A DNA stretch of 64,000 nucleotides, taken from positions 17,292 through 81,291 of the forward strand of contig JAJEEU010000017.1 in assembly GCA_022820825.1 (NCBI GenBank), in the 5' to 3' direction. Positions 38,495-48,164 of the stretch are shown here, in pieces. Position numbers and translations under genes: made by a program. Within the stretch, counting starts at the first letter, position 1. Each line of letters begins with the position of its first letter. The DNA is from Vicinamibacteria bacterium. Lineage in GTDB: Bacteria > Acidobacteriota > Vicinamibacteria > Vicinamibacterales > UBA8438. Under the pieces are notes generated by a model. The model did not search any database, had not been told where the DNA came from, and was given only the letters and a program-made list of their open reading frames with translations.

Positions 38495-38752
38495 TCAGCG
38501 ATCTTCCGCACCACGGCGCAGAACTCGCACGCGCAGCAGGTGCCACTGCAATAACGCTCGCGTGTCACGCCGTCCGTCCGCGATCACAAGAAAGTAGACG
38601 CCGTCTCCCATGACGCGGTAGGTGATCCGGTACGGCTTGAAGAATGCCTCCCGGTACTCCGGAATGCCGAGCTCCAGCAATTCTCTCGGGTGGCTGCCGC
38701 GTTCGGAGAACGCGGACAACGCGTGGACGGCTTGCTCGATCCGCTCCAGCAC
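38495..38752 (-). CDS. ParE/RelE-family toxin, apparently N-terminally truncated
   Basis: ERGSHPRELLELGIPEYREAFFKPYRITYRVMGDGVYFLVIADGRRD is a ParE-like core. The only start is GTG 38752. The frame continues upstream as RHHDLEATIDYPSAKAQH to an in-frame TGA at 38807-38809, which is also the antitoxin stop. Confidence 0.65.
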   Translation of the reverse strand: MLERIEQAVHALSAFSERGSHPRELLELGIPEYREAFFKPYRITYRVMGDGVYFLVIADGRRDTRALLQWHLLRVRVLRRGAEDR

Positions 38753-38806
38753 GTGCTGCGCCTTGGCGGAGGGGTAGTCGATGGTCGCTTCGAGGTCGTG
38801 GTGGCG

Positions 38807-39007
38807 TCATCGGTCAACTAGGCCGCGAAGGGCGTTCAGTCGGCCCTGTCGCCGGTCTCGAAGCTGCGCCACGACCTCGACGGCGGGCCGCACCTGGCCG
38901 GCTTCGATCTGACGCTTGCCCAGCGCCAACATCTTGAGCAGAGCCGCGCTCTCCTGCATCCGCTCGAAGCCTTCGGTGCCGGGCTGTGCGGGGCTGTGGC
39001 GCGCCAT
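38807..39007 (-). CDS. short ParD-like antitoxin
   Basis: 66 aa. AALLKMLALGKRQIEAGQVRPAVEVVAQLRDR resembles the C-terminal half of ParE-cognate antitoxins. Its ATG overlaps the hsdM stop (TGATG). Confidence 0.55.
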   Translation of the reverse strand: MARHSPAQPGTEGFERMQESAALLKMLALGKRQIEAGQVRPAVEVVAQLRDRRQGRLNALRGLVDR

Positions 39008-41118
39008 CAGCCCGACATCTCCTGCAGCATGTCCACTATCTCCTTCTCGACTCGCTGGATGTCGGCCTCGATCTCCTCCAGCGGGCGGGGCGGGCGGTAT
39101 TCGTAGAAGTGGCGGTTGAAGTTGATTTCGTAGCCGACGAGTCCGACCTCTCCGTCTTGCGGATCCCGGCGGTTCGTATCGATCCAGGCGTCGGGTACGT
39201 GGGGCTTGACCTCGCGCTCGAAGAATGACTCGACGGCGTCGCTGAGGGGCATGTTCTCCGTGTCTCGCAGCTCGGGGTCGGGTTCGGGGCGGCCATCCCG
39301 GTCGCGGCAGATCTCCGCTTTTGGGTTGCGTTCGGCCAGCGCGGAGAGAATGGCCTTCCGGATGGGCGCGGCAAGTTTGAGATCCGTCTCTCGAGCCGCG
39401 TCCGACAGTTTGGCCTCGAATAGAGCTCGGTCGAGGAAGAGGTCGTCCGGCAGGCTCCGCAGCAGGGCTCGGAGCGCTGCCTGTTGCTTGCGCCCGGCCT
39501 CTTCGTCCCTGGCCTTGGTAGCGCCCTTCTTGCGCGACACGGCCAGGTTGGCGAAGGCGCGCTGGTCGTCGAGCCGTGCGATCCGCTCGGGACTGGCCTG
39601 GAAGTCGAGCCTGAGAGGGCGTTCGACGGTGATCTTGCGGAAGCCGAAGTGCGTGGTCGGGTAGACGCGGCTGACGACGGCCTCGTGCTCTTCGCCGTCT
39701 TGGTCGACCGTGCGCGTCGCGCCGTCCTGGAAGTCAGCGAGTAGTCGTAGAACCTCCTGCTTCCGGCCGAAAGGGACCTCGCGACGCTTGGCGCCCAGGC
39801 TCTTGCGCAGCAGGGTCCAGAATGAACTGGCATTGATGAGTTGAACCTTGCCGCGGCGCTGGGGCCGCTTGCGGTTCGTGAGCACCCAGACGTAGGTGGC
39901 GATGCCGGTGTTGTAGAAGAGCTGCTCGGGCAGGGCGATCAGCGCCTCGAGCAGGTCGTTCTCGAGGATCCAGCGGCGGATCTCGCTCTCGCCGCTCCCG
40001 GCGTCGCCGGTGAAAAGGGGCGAGCCGTTCATGATGATGGCGACCCGCGAGCCGCCCTGGGTGGATTCCTTGACGTGCGCGAGCATGTGCTGCAGGAACA
40101 GGAGTTGGCCGTCACTGATGCGCGGCAGGCCCGGCCCGAAGCGCCCGGCAGCGCCCCGGTCGTGCTCGTCGCGCACCGCGTCCTGGTCACGCTTCCAGTC
40201 CTTGCCGTAAGGCGGATTGGCGATCATGTAGTCGAAGGAGCCGGCGGCGTGCCGGTCGTTCGAGAGCGTGCTCCCGAAGACGACGTTCTCCGCGTCGCGG
40301 CCGTCCTGCGACTTCATGAAGAGGTCCGACTTGCAGATGGCGAACGTCTCCGGGTTCACCTCCTGGCCGAACAGGTGGATGTCGGCGTCGGGGTTCACCG
40401 GGTCGCCGAGGTGTTTGCTGTCGCGTATCTCCCCGACCGTGATGTGCTCCTTGGCGATGGTGAGCATGCCTCCAGAGCCGCAGCACGGGTCGTAGACGCT
40501 CAGGACAACCCCTTTCGTCTGCAGGCGCTGTTCATCGCCGGCCAGCAGTAGGTCGAACATCAGGTGCACGACGTCGCGGGGGGTGAAGTGCTCGCCGGGG
40601 TTCTCGTTCAGCGCCTCGTTGAACTTCCGGATGAGCTCCTCAAAGATCGTGCCCATCACGGCGTTGTCGACCGCGTCCGGGTGCAGGTTCACCTGCGGAT
40701 CGCCGAATCGCTGCACGACCTGGAACAGGAGCCCGGCCTCGTCGAGCTTCGAGATGGTGTTGTCGAAGTCGAACTTCTCCAGCACCTCCCGCATGTTGGG
40801 GCTGAACCCGGCGATGTAGTTGCGCAGGTTCTGTGCGATGTGTGGCGCGTCGGCGAGCAACTTCTCGAAGTCGTAGCGCGACGTGTTGTAGAAGGCGAAT
40901 CCGGAAGCGCGCTGGAGCAAACCGTCGAGGTTATCGAGCTTGCCCTTGTACCTCGCCTGGACCTCCATCACCTTCGGCTTGGTGGGGGCCAGCACGCAGT
41001 CAAGCCGGCGCAGCACCGTGAGTGGCAGGATCACGTCTTGGTACTTGCTGCGCTTGAACGTGTCGCGGATCAGGTCCGCCACGCCCCAGATGAAGTTGAC
41101 GATCTGGCTGTGATTCAT
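39007..41118 (-). CDS. hsdM: type I R-M N6-adenine DNA methyltransferase HsdM
   Basis: 703 aa. IVNFIWGVADLIRDTFKRSKYQDVILPLTVLRRLD N-domain, VYDPCCGSGGML (motif I) and DYMIANPPYGKDW (motif IV). Confidence 0.95.
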   Translation of the reverse strand: MNHSQIVNFIWGVADLIRDTFKRSKYQDVILPLTVLRRLDCVLAPTKPKVMEVQARYKGKLDNLDGLLQRASGFAFYNTSRYDFEKLLADAPHIAQNLRNYIAGFSPNMREVLEKFDFDNTISKLDEAGLLFQVVQRFGDPQVNLHPDAVDNAVMGTIFEELIRKFNEALNENPGEHFTPRDVVHLMFDLLLAGDEQRLQTKGVVLSVYDPCCGSGGMLTIAKEHITVGEIRDSKHLGDPVNPDADIHLFGQEVNPETFAICKSDLFMKSQDGRDAENVVFGSTLSNDRHAAGSFDYMIANPPYGKDWKRDQDAVRDEHDRGAAGRFGPGLPRISDGQLLFLQHMLAHVKESTQGGSRVAIIMNGSPLFTGDAGSGESEIRRWILENDLLEALIALPEQLFYNTGIATYVWVLTNRKRPQRRGKVQLINASSFWTLLRKSLGAKRREVPFGRKQEVLRLLADFQDGATRTVDQDGEEHEAVVSRVYPTTHFGFRKITVERPLRLDFQASPERIARLDDQRAFANLAVSRKKGATKARDEEAGRKQQAALRALLRSLPDDLFLDRALFEAKLSDAARETDLKLAAPIRKAILSALAERNPKAEICRDRDGRPEPDPELRDTENMPLSDAVESFFEREVKPHVPDAWIDTNRRDPQDGEVGLVGYEINFNRHFYEYRPPRPLEEIEADIQRVEKEIVDMLQEMSG

Positions 41119-41502
41119 GTCGGGTCCGGTACGAACCTAACACCCTATCCGTCTTTGCCCAGCCAGTCCAACCACAGCGAACCGCTGCAGAACACCGCGA
41201 ATGGCGCCGACGAACGCACGAACTCCACCGGTGGACGCACGACGACGGAGCCTGGATGCCGTCTGGACGCAAGGACAGCAAGGCCCAGCGGGCCATGTAC
41301 GCGCGGCCTCAACGTCAACGCGTTGGCCGTGGTGAAGCCATGCTGTTCAGCCGCCACTGACTACGCCGCACGGCTGGCGTTGGCTAGGTGACTGTGTCCG
41401 CCAACGGCAAAGTACCCATTCACATCGCTTCACCAAGTCGATGCGGATCTCAAGTCATGTATTATTGACGGCATGCTTTTTTTACTGGGCATGGAGGTTT
41501 AG

Positions 41503-42795
41503 TTGTCAGCACATACAGAATTTCACTCTACGACCTTGAGCGATGCGGACATCTTGGTCGCCGTCAAGAAAATAGCCTCTGAATTGGAGCAGGTTCCAGA
41601 GCAATGCCGCGTCGACGTAGAAATCATGGAGCGATACACCGGGAATCCGGAGGGGCTCTCACTGTCTCAGATCACGAGTCAACCATTCGCGCGACATGCG
41701 GAGGAGCACGGCGGCGCATCATGGAAGCGCGTCTTGATTGAGTTCCAACCTTTGACGCTGCGCCTGAACGTGCAACGCGACCGAGAACGAGGTGATGACG
41801 CAATCCACGTATCGTTTCGGGAGGATCCTTCGGATCCCGTTGATGTGGTCCGTTCACTCAACGCCATTCAACAGCATTTTATTCCGTTGAACCGAGCGGA
41901 AGCAATAGAGCGTGCGCTTGGGCCGGAAATGGCTGAGTTCTATCGCCTGCGCGAAGATGGCCTGTCGCGCCTGGAAGCATTGACGCGAAGGCTCGTAGGC
42001 GAGACGCACGAGTACCGATTGCGACTCGATACGGAGGTGGCCGAACACAAGCAGGCGTTGAGTGTGTCATTTGACGAAAAGAATGAGGAGTTGGAAAAGA
42101 CACATGAAGAGCGAGCCGCCGCCTTGGAAGCACGCGAACGAGAGTTGGATGAGCGACGCCGTGAACTTGACGACCGTAGCGCGCGGCATGCTCGGCGGGA
42201 GCAAAGTAGAGCCCTGCAACAGAAGATCTCGGATCGCTCGGAGAAATTCACACTAACGCCCGAAACACAGCGTAAGCGGCGGCCAATACACCTGATATTC
42301 GCGGGTCTTCTTCTTGTTTCAGCAGGGTTGGTCGCTCGTTCATTGTTTATTCCGGTAGCGGCAACTGAAGGTGTGGCGTCGTGGTTGGAGCTAGTACGGT
42401 TGCCGCTGGGCGTGTTGGGATTCGCCCTTACTGCTGTGTTCTATATTCGATGGAACGATCAGTGGTTTCGGCAGCATGCGGACCAGGAGTTCCGGCTTCA
42501 ACAACTCGCCCTCGATGTTGATCGAGCTGGTTACGCCACAGAGATGTTGCTGGAGTGGCAGGAGGACAAAAGTGGCGAGATGCCCGCGGTTATGGTTGAT
42601 CGCCTCACGACCGGTCTGTTCACGGATCAGACGAAGATGGCGAGCGTGCGACATCCGTCGGAGGATGTCGCAGCGGCGTTACTGAAGGCGTCGTCAAGTG
42701 TACGGGTGGACATACCTGATATCGGAGAGGTTACGTTGACCGGGCGGAATATTCGCAAGCTAGACCGGAACTTGGCGAAAAAGCGCGAGCCGTAA
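41503..42795 (+). CDS. orphan coiled-coil / two-TM membrane protein, unknown function
   Basis: 430 aa, TTG start with GGAGG 5 nt upstream. Soluble N-domain (aa 1-135), charged coiled coil (about aa 140-245: EKNEELEKTHEERAAALEARERELDERRRELDDRSARHARRE), TM helices at about aa 262-285 and 293-316, and a 110-aa C-terminal tail. AT-richer than its surroundings. Confidence 0.7.
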   Translation: MSAHTEFHSTTLSDADILVAVKKIASELEQVPEQCRVDVEIMERYTGNPEGLSLSQITSQPFARHAEEHGGASWKRVLIEFQPLTLRLNVQRDRERGDDAIHVSFREDPSDPVDVVRSLNAIQQHFIPLNRAEAIERALGPEMAEFYRLREDGLSRLEALTRRLVGETHEYRLRLDTEVAEHKQALSVSFDEKNEELEKTHEERAAALEARERELDERRRELDDRSARHARREQSRALQQKISDRSEKFTLTPETQRKRRPIHLIFAGLLLVSAGLVARSLFIPVAATEGVASWLELVRLPLGVLGFALTAVFYIRWNDQWFRQHADQEFRLQQLALDVDRAGYATEMLLEWQEDKSGEMPAVMVDRLTTGLFTDQTKMASVRHPSEDVAAALLKASSSVRVDIPDIGEVTLTGRNIRKLDRNLAKKREP

Positions 42796-42901
42796 TGGCC
42801 GTGCGTTATAGAGGGGCTTACGGAGCGGCTGAAAGTGCAGCGTGTGACCGTGCGAGCGCGGGCAACTTGGCGTTTCCGTCCGGCGCCACGGTTGGTGACT
42901 C

Positions 42902-43288
42902 ATGAGGAAACGTCAGATCAAGGCGCTGTCGGTCAGGCAGCCCTGGGCGAACCTGATCGCATCGCGAAAGAAGACCATCGAGGTACGCGAGTGGCGCACA
43001 AAACACAGGGGGCCACTGCTGATCTGCGCATCGAAACGGCCGCCGGTGCCGCCTTGCGGGTGCATGGTCGCACTCGCAGACCTGGTCGAGTGTCGGCTAC
43101 TTGTTCCGGCGGACGAGCGCGCAGCGCAGATGAAGCGCGACCCCAAGGGGCCACCGCAAGTGGCGTGGGTGCTGAAGAACATCAGGCGCGTGCCCAACCA
43201 TCCGGTCACGGGTAGGCCCGGGCTCTTCGACTGTGACCTGCCGCCGGACGTCAGGAAGTTGCTCGACGGCCGGAGCCGGAAGAAATAG
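42902..43288 (+). CDS. ASCH (PUA-like) domain protein
   Basis: 128 aa. IKALSVRQPWANLIASRKKTIEVREWRTKHRGPLLICAS is the ASCH N-terminal signature. Confidence 0.8.
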   Translation: MRKRQIKALSVRQPWANLIASRKKTIEVREWRTKHRGPLLICASKRPPVPPCGCMVALADLVECRLLVPADERAAQMKRDPKGPPQVAWVLKNIRRVPNHPVTGRPGLFDCDLPPDVRKLLDGRSRKK

Positions 43289-43332
43289 AGCGCACGGCGG
43301 CACTCCCTTTCAACCGGTCCATCCCCGCCTGC

Positions 43333-43824
43333 TCAGCCGCCCGGCTCGTCGGCCTGCTGGCCGGCGTGGAACTCCGAGTAGACGTACACCGGGATCTTGA
43401 GGGCGCCGAGGCGGTCCTCGACCACGGGACGCACGTCGGCCCACTTCAGGCCGCCCACGCCGGTGGCGAGCCGGGGCAGGGCGAGCGAGCTAAAGCCCTC
43501 TTGTTCGACGATGCGCACGAGGGCGCGCAAGCTGTCGCGGACGTGCTTGAGCGTGGCGCGCCCCGGGCGGGCGCCGTGGCCGTAGCCGCCTTCCTGGGTG
43601 ATGAGGTTGATCACCCGCACGCCGCCCGGGCCGCCCCACATCCAGGCTTCGCCCGGCTTGGGGTGCGCCTGGTTGCACCAGTGGTGGTAGTCCTTGTGCA
43701 TCGCCGGGTACTTCTCGTGCAGCGAGCGCGCCAGCCCCTGGTTCATGGGATCCTTGGGCGCGACGCCGTGCGCCACGGCCTGCGCGCCGCTGAGGAGGAT
43801 GTCTCCCGATACGTAGTGGATCAC
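43333..43824 (-). CDS. stand-alone macro domain protein (TARG1/DarG-like)
   Basis: Real part of track ORF 43333..44190. GTG start 43824 with GGAAGGAG upstream. YVSGDILLSGAQAVAHGV...INLITQ...SSLALPRLATGVGGLKW matches the macrodomain ADP-ribose pocket pattern. Confidence 0.8.
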   Translation of the reverse strand: MIHYVSGDILLSGAQAVAHGVAPKDPMNQGLARSLHEKYPAMHKDYHHWCNQAHPKPGEAWMWGGPGGVRVINLITQEGGYGHGARPGRATLKHVRDSLRALVRIVEQEGFSSLALPRLATGVGGLKWADVRPVVEDRLGALKIPVYVYSEFHAGQQADEPGG

Positions 43825-43847
43825 GAGTCTGGCTCCTTCCGTGCGGG

Positions 43848-44366
43848 TCAGTCGGCCCGGCGGCTGGGACGGGGGTCGGGATTCGCGTGGCGCTGCTTGA
43901 TGCGCCAGCCGTCCGGCGTCCTGACGTAGATGTCCTCGTAGAAGCCGGTGTCGCGGATCGAGAGCTCCTCGGCAGTCGGGTCGAAGCCCATCCAGTAAAC
44001 CTTGCCGGTGGCGCGGTCCGGGCCGTCGGGCGTGATGATCCAGGAGCTGTTCCAGTGGCGGTAGTGGTATTCCCGGCCCTCGCGGCCGGCGAAGCTCCGG
44101 CGCCGCCATTCGACCATCTCCGCGCGGCCGTTGTACTCCTGGTCCGCGCCGATGCGGAAGATCGCGTCCTCGGTGAAGGCATTGAGCCACCGGTCGGCGT
44201 CGCCGAAGTCGGTGCCCTGGTTGTACTGCGAGTAGAGCTGATGGATCTCTGCCAGGTCGCCGCCGGTCAGCTCGCCGGAGCCCTGGCCGCTCTGGGCGTT
44301 CACCCAGCCGAAGGTGGCGAACCCGCCGATGAGGACGCCGGTAAGCACTAGTTGCAGTCCGCGCAT
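43848..44366 (-). CDS. secreted SnoaL-like / NTF2-fold protein
   Basis: Start at MRGLQLVLTGVLIGGFATFGWVNA (ATG 44366, GGGAGGAAG upstream). DLAEIHQLYSQYNQG...FTEDAIFRI...GKVYW resembles SnoaL_4/DUF4440. Confidence 0.65.
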   Translation of the reverse strand: MRGLQLVLTGVLIGGFATFGWVNAQSGQGSGELTGGDLAEIHQLYSQYNQGTDFGDADRWLNAFTEDAIFRIGADQEYNGRAEMVEWRRRSFAGREGREYHYRHWNSSWIITPDGPDRATGKVYWMGFDPTAEELSIRDTGFYEDIYVRTPDGWRIKQRHANPDPRPSRRAD

Positions 44367-44474
44367 GGTTCTTCCTCCCGTGGTTGATCGGTGCGGCGCG
44401 TGATGTGCGTTCGAACGAATCCGTAGCGTAGCACTTCCCCCGGTTGCGTCAAGGAGCGCCCGGCGTCCCCCTGC

Positions 44475-44528
44475 TTGCGTGTCCGGCGCGCGATTCGGTA
44501 GGATGAGATACCCGACCAATCCGGTCGG
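44475..44528 (+). promoter_or_regulatory. possible suf operon promoter plus inverted repeat
   Basis: TTGCGT (44475-44480), 18-nt spacer, TAGGAT (44499-44504). CCGACC-N5-GGTCGG inverted repeat at 44512-44528, 35 nt upstream of sufB. Read by eye only. Confidence 0.25.
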
Positions 44529-44563
44529 AAATAGACAGCGCGCTACGACCGGGAGCAGTCGTC

Positions 44564-46006
<1,443 letters not shown>

Positions 46007-46012
46007 ATATCG

Positions 46013-46774
<762 letters not shown>

Positions 46775-46778
46775 CGCC

Positions 46779-48164
46779 ATGCCGGTGACCGACGTCGCCC
46801 CGCTCGACGCCCTGACCGACGCCTGCGAGGCCGTGCGGCGCACGGCGCCGTCTCCGGGCGGGATTGCCGACCTGCGCCGCCGCGCGTTCGAGCGCTTCGC
46901 GGCGCTCGGCATCCCGACCACGCGGCTGGAGCGCTGGCGGTTCACGAACATTGCGCCGATTGCAAATACGGCATTCACGCTTGCCGCGCCGGCCGACCGG
47001 GCCGCGGCCAGGGTGGACGCCGCGCCCCACGCCCTGACCGGCGCCGGCGCCCGGCTGACGTTCATCAACGGCCGCTACGTCGCGGGGGCGTCGGACCTCG
47101 CCGGCCTGCCGGACGGCGTCGCGGTGGGCAGCCTGGCCGCCGCGCTGGAGTCCGAGGCCGCGCCGGCGCGGCCGGCCGTCGACACGCACCTCGCGGCGGA
47201 AGCCGCCATCGACGGCGAAGCGTTCACGGCGCTCAACACGGCGCTGCTGCAGGACGGCGCGGTCGTGCACGTGCCCGCGAACACGGTGGTGGAGCAGCCG
47301 ATCCAGTTGCTGTTCGTGACGACGCCGCCGGACGGCGGCGCGCCGGTCATGACTCACCCGCGGGTGCTGATCGTGGCCGGCGAGAACGCCCAGGTGCGGC
47401 TGGTCGAGAGCTACGGCGGCGGCGGCGAGTCGCCCTACCTGACCAACGCCGTCACGGAAGTGGTGGCCGGGCCGGCGGCTGTGGTGGACCACTACAAGGT
47501 GGTGCGCGAGAGCCTCGCCGGGTACCACATCGCGGCCATGCACCTGCGGCTGGCCCGCGCGGCGTCGTTCTCGTCGCACGCGGTGACGCTCGGCGGGGCC
47601 ATCGTGCGCAACGACGCCGACGCGACGCTCGACGGCGAAGGCGTCGACTGCACGCTCAACGGCCTGTACCTGGCGAACGGACGCCGCCTCATCGACAACC
47701 ACACGACGATCCGCCACGCCAGCCCGCACTGCTCCAGCCACGAGCTGTACAAGGGCATCCTGGACGACGAGGCGCGCGCCGTGTTCAACGGCAAGATCGT
47801 GGTCGCCATCGACGCGCAGAAGACCGACGCCAAGCAGACCAACAAGGCGCTGCTGCTGTCCGAGGACGCGCAGATCAACACCAAGCCGGAGCTGGAGATA
47901 TTCGCCGACGACGTCAAGTGCACGCACGGCGCCACGGTCGGCCAGCTCGACGAGGACGCGCTGTTCTACCTGCGTGCGCGGGGGCTGGCGGAAGGGCAGG
48001 CCCGCAGCGTGCTGATCCACGCCTTTGCCAGCGACCTCCTGAACCGTATCGCGGTCGACTCGATCCGCGCGCAGCTCGACGACCTGCTGTTGCGGCAGCT
48101 CCCCGGCGCGGGCGGCGGATCCTTCGAGGTGGGTGGGGATGGCCTTGATGAGCAGTCCGGCTGA
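46779..48164 (+). CDS. sufD: Fe-S cluster assembly protein SufD
   Basis: 461 aa with the C-terminal beta-helix motif KPELEIFADDVKCTHGATVGQLDEDALFYLRARGL. Confidence 0.9.
   Translation: MPVTDVAPLDALTDACEAVRRTAPSPGGIADLRRRAFERFAALGIPTTRLERWRFTNIAPIANTAFTLAAPADRAAARVDAAPHALTGAGARLTFINGRYVAGASDLAGLPDGVAVGSLAAALESEAAPARPAVDTHLAAEAAIDGEAFTALNTALLQDGAVVHVPANTVVEQPIQLLFVTTPPDGGAPVMTHPRVLIVAGENAQVRLVESYGGGGESPYLTNAVTEVVAGPAAVVDHYKVVRESLAGYHIAAMHLRLARAASFSSHAVTLGGAIVRNDADATLDGEGVDCTLNGLYLANGRRLIDNHTTIRHASPHCSSHELYKGILDDEARAVFNGKIVVAIDAQKTDAKQTNKALLLSEDAQINTKPELEIFADDVKCTHGATVGQLDEDALFYLRARGLAEGQARSVLIHAFASDLLNRIAVDSIRAQLDDLLLRQLPGAGGGSFEVGGDGLDEQSG

Larger units (their letters stand above)
22271..43824. 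other. mosaic defence island (multiple R-M, TA/Abi and orphan modules, interrupted by an SSF transporter and a PQQ dehydrogenase)
   Basis: Density of the defence-type genes listed below. Hand-counted G+C of sampled 60-nt lines: 31/60 at 22501-22560, 29/60 at 37621-37680 and 30/60 at 41521-41580, against 39/60 at 48301-48360 (sufS) and 52/60 at 10561-10620 (copA). No integrase or tRNA seen at the borders. Confidence 0.6.

Noticed and set aside
41119-41502. Possible small genes or a tRNA in the 384-bp hsdM/orphan-gene spacer (ORFs 41145..41357 and 41000..41296; GGTTCG-like string near 41130)
   Set aside because: The ORFs have no RBS or plausible composition. The GGTTCG string has no complementary T-stem or acceptor arm. 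I could not define a convincing -35/-10 either (TTGACG at 41465 has no good -10).
42796-43900. Search for a DarT (DUF4433)-like toxin next to the macro domain gene
   Set aside because: No ORF of suitable size or composition exists. The neighbours are the ASCH and SnoaL-like genes, so no DarTG call was made.
43825-44190. N-terminal extension of the macro-domain ORF, and the 230-aa ORF 43490..44182
   Set aside because: They overlap the SnoaL-like gene in other frames. The macro domain begins at GTG 43824, which has a strong GGAAGGAG site.
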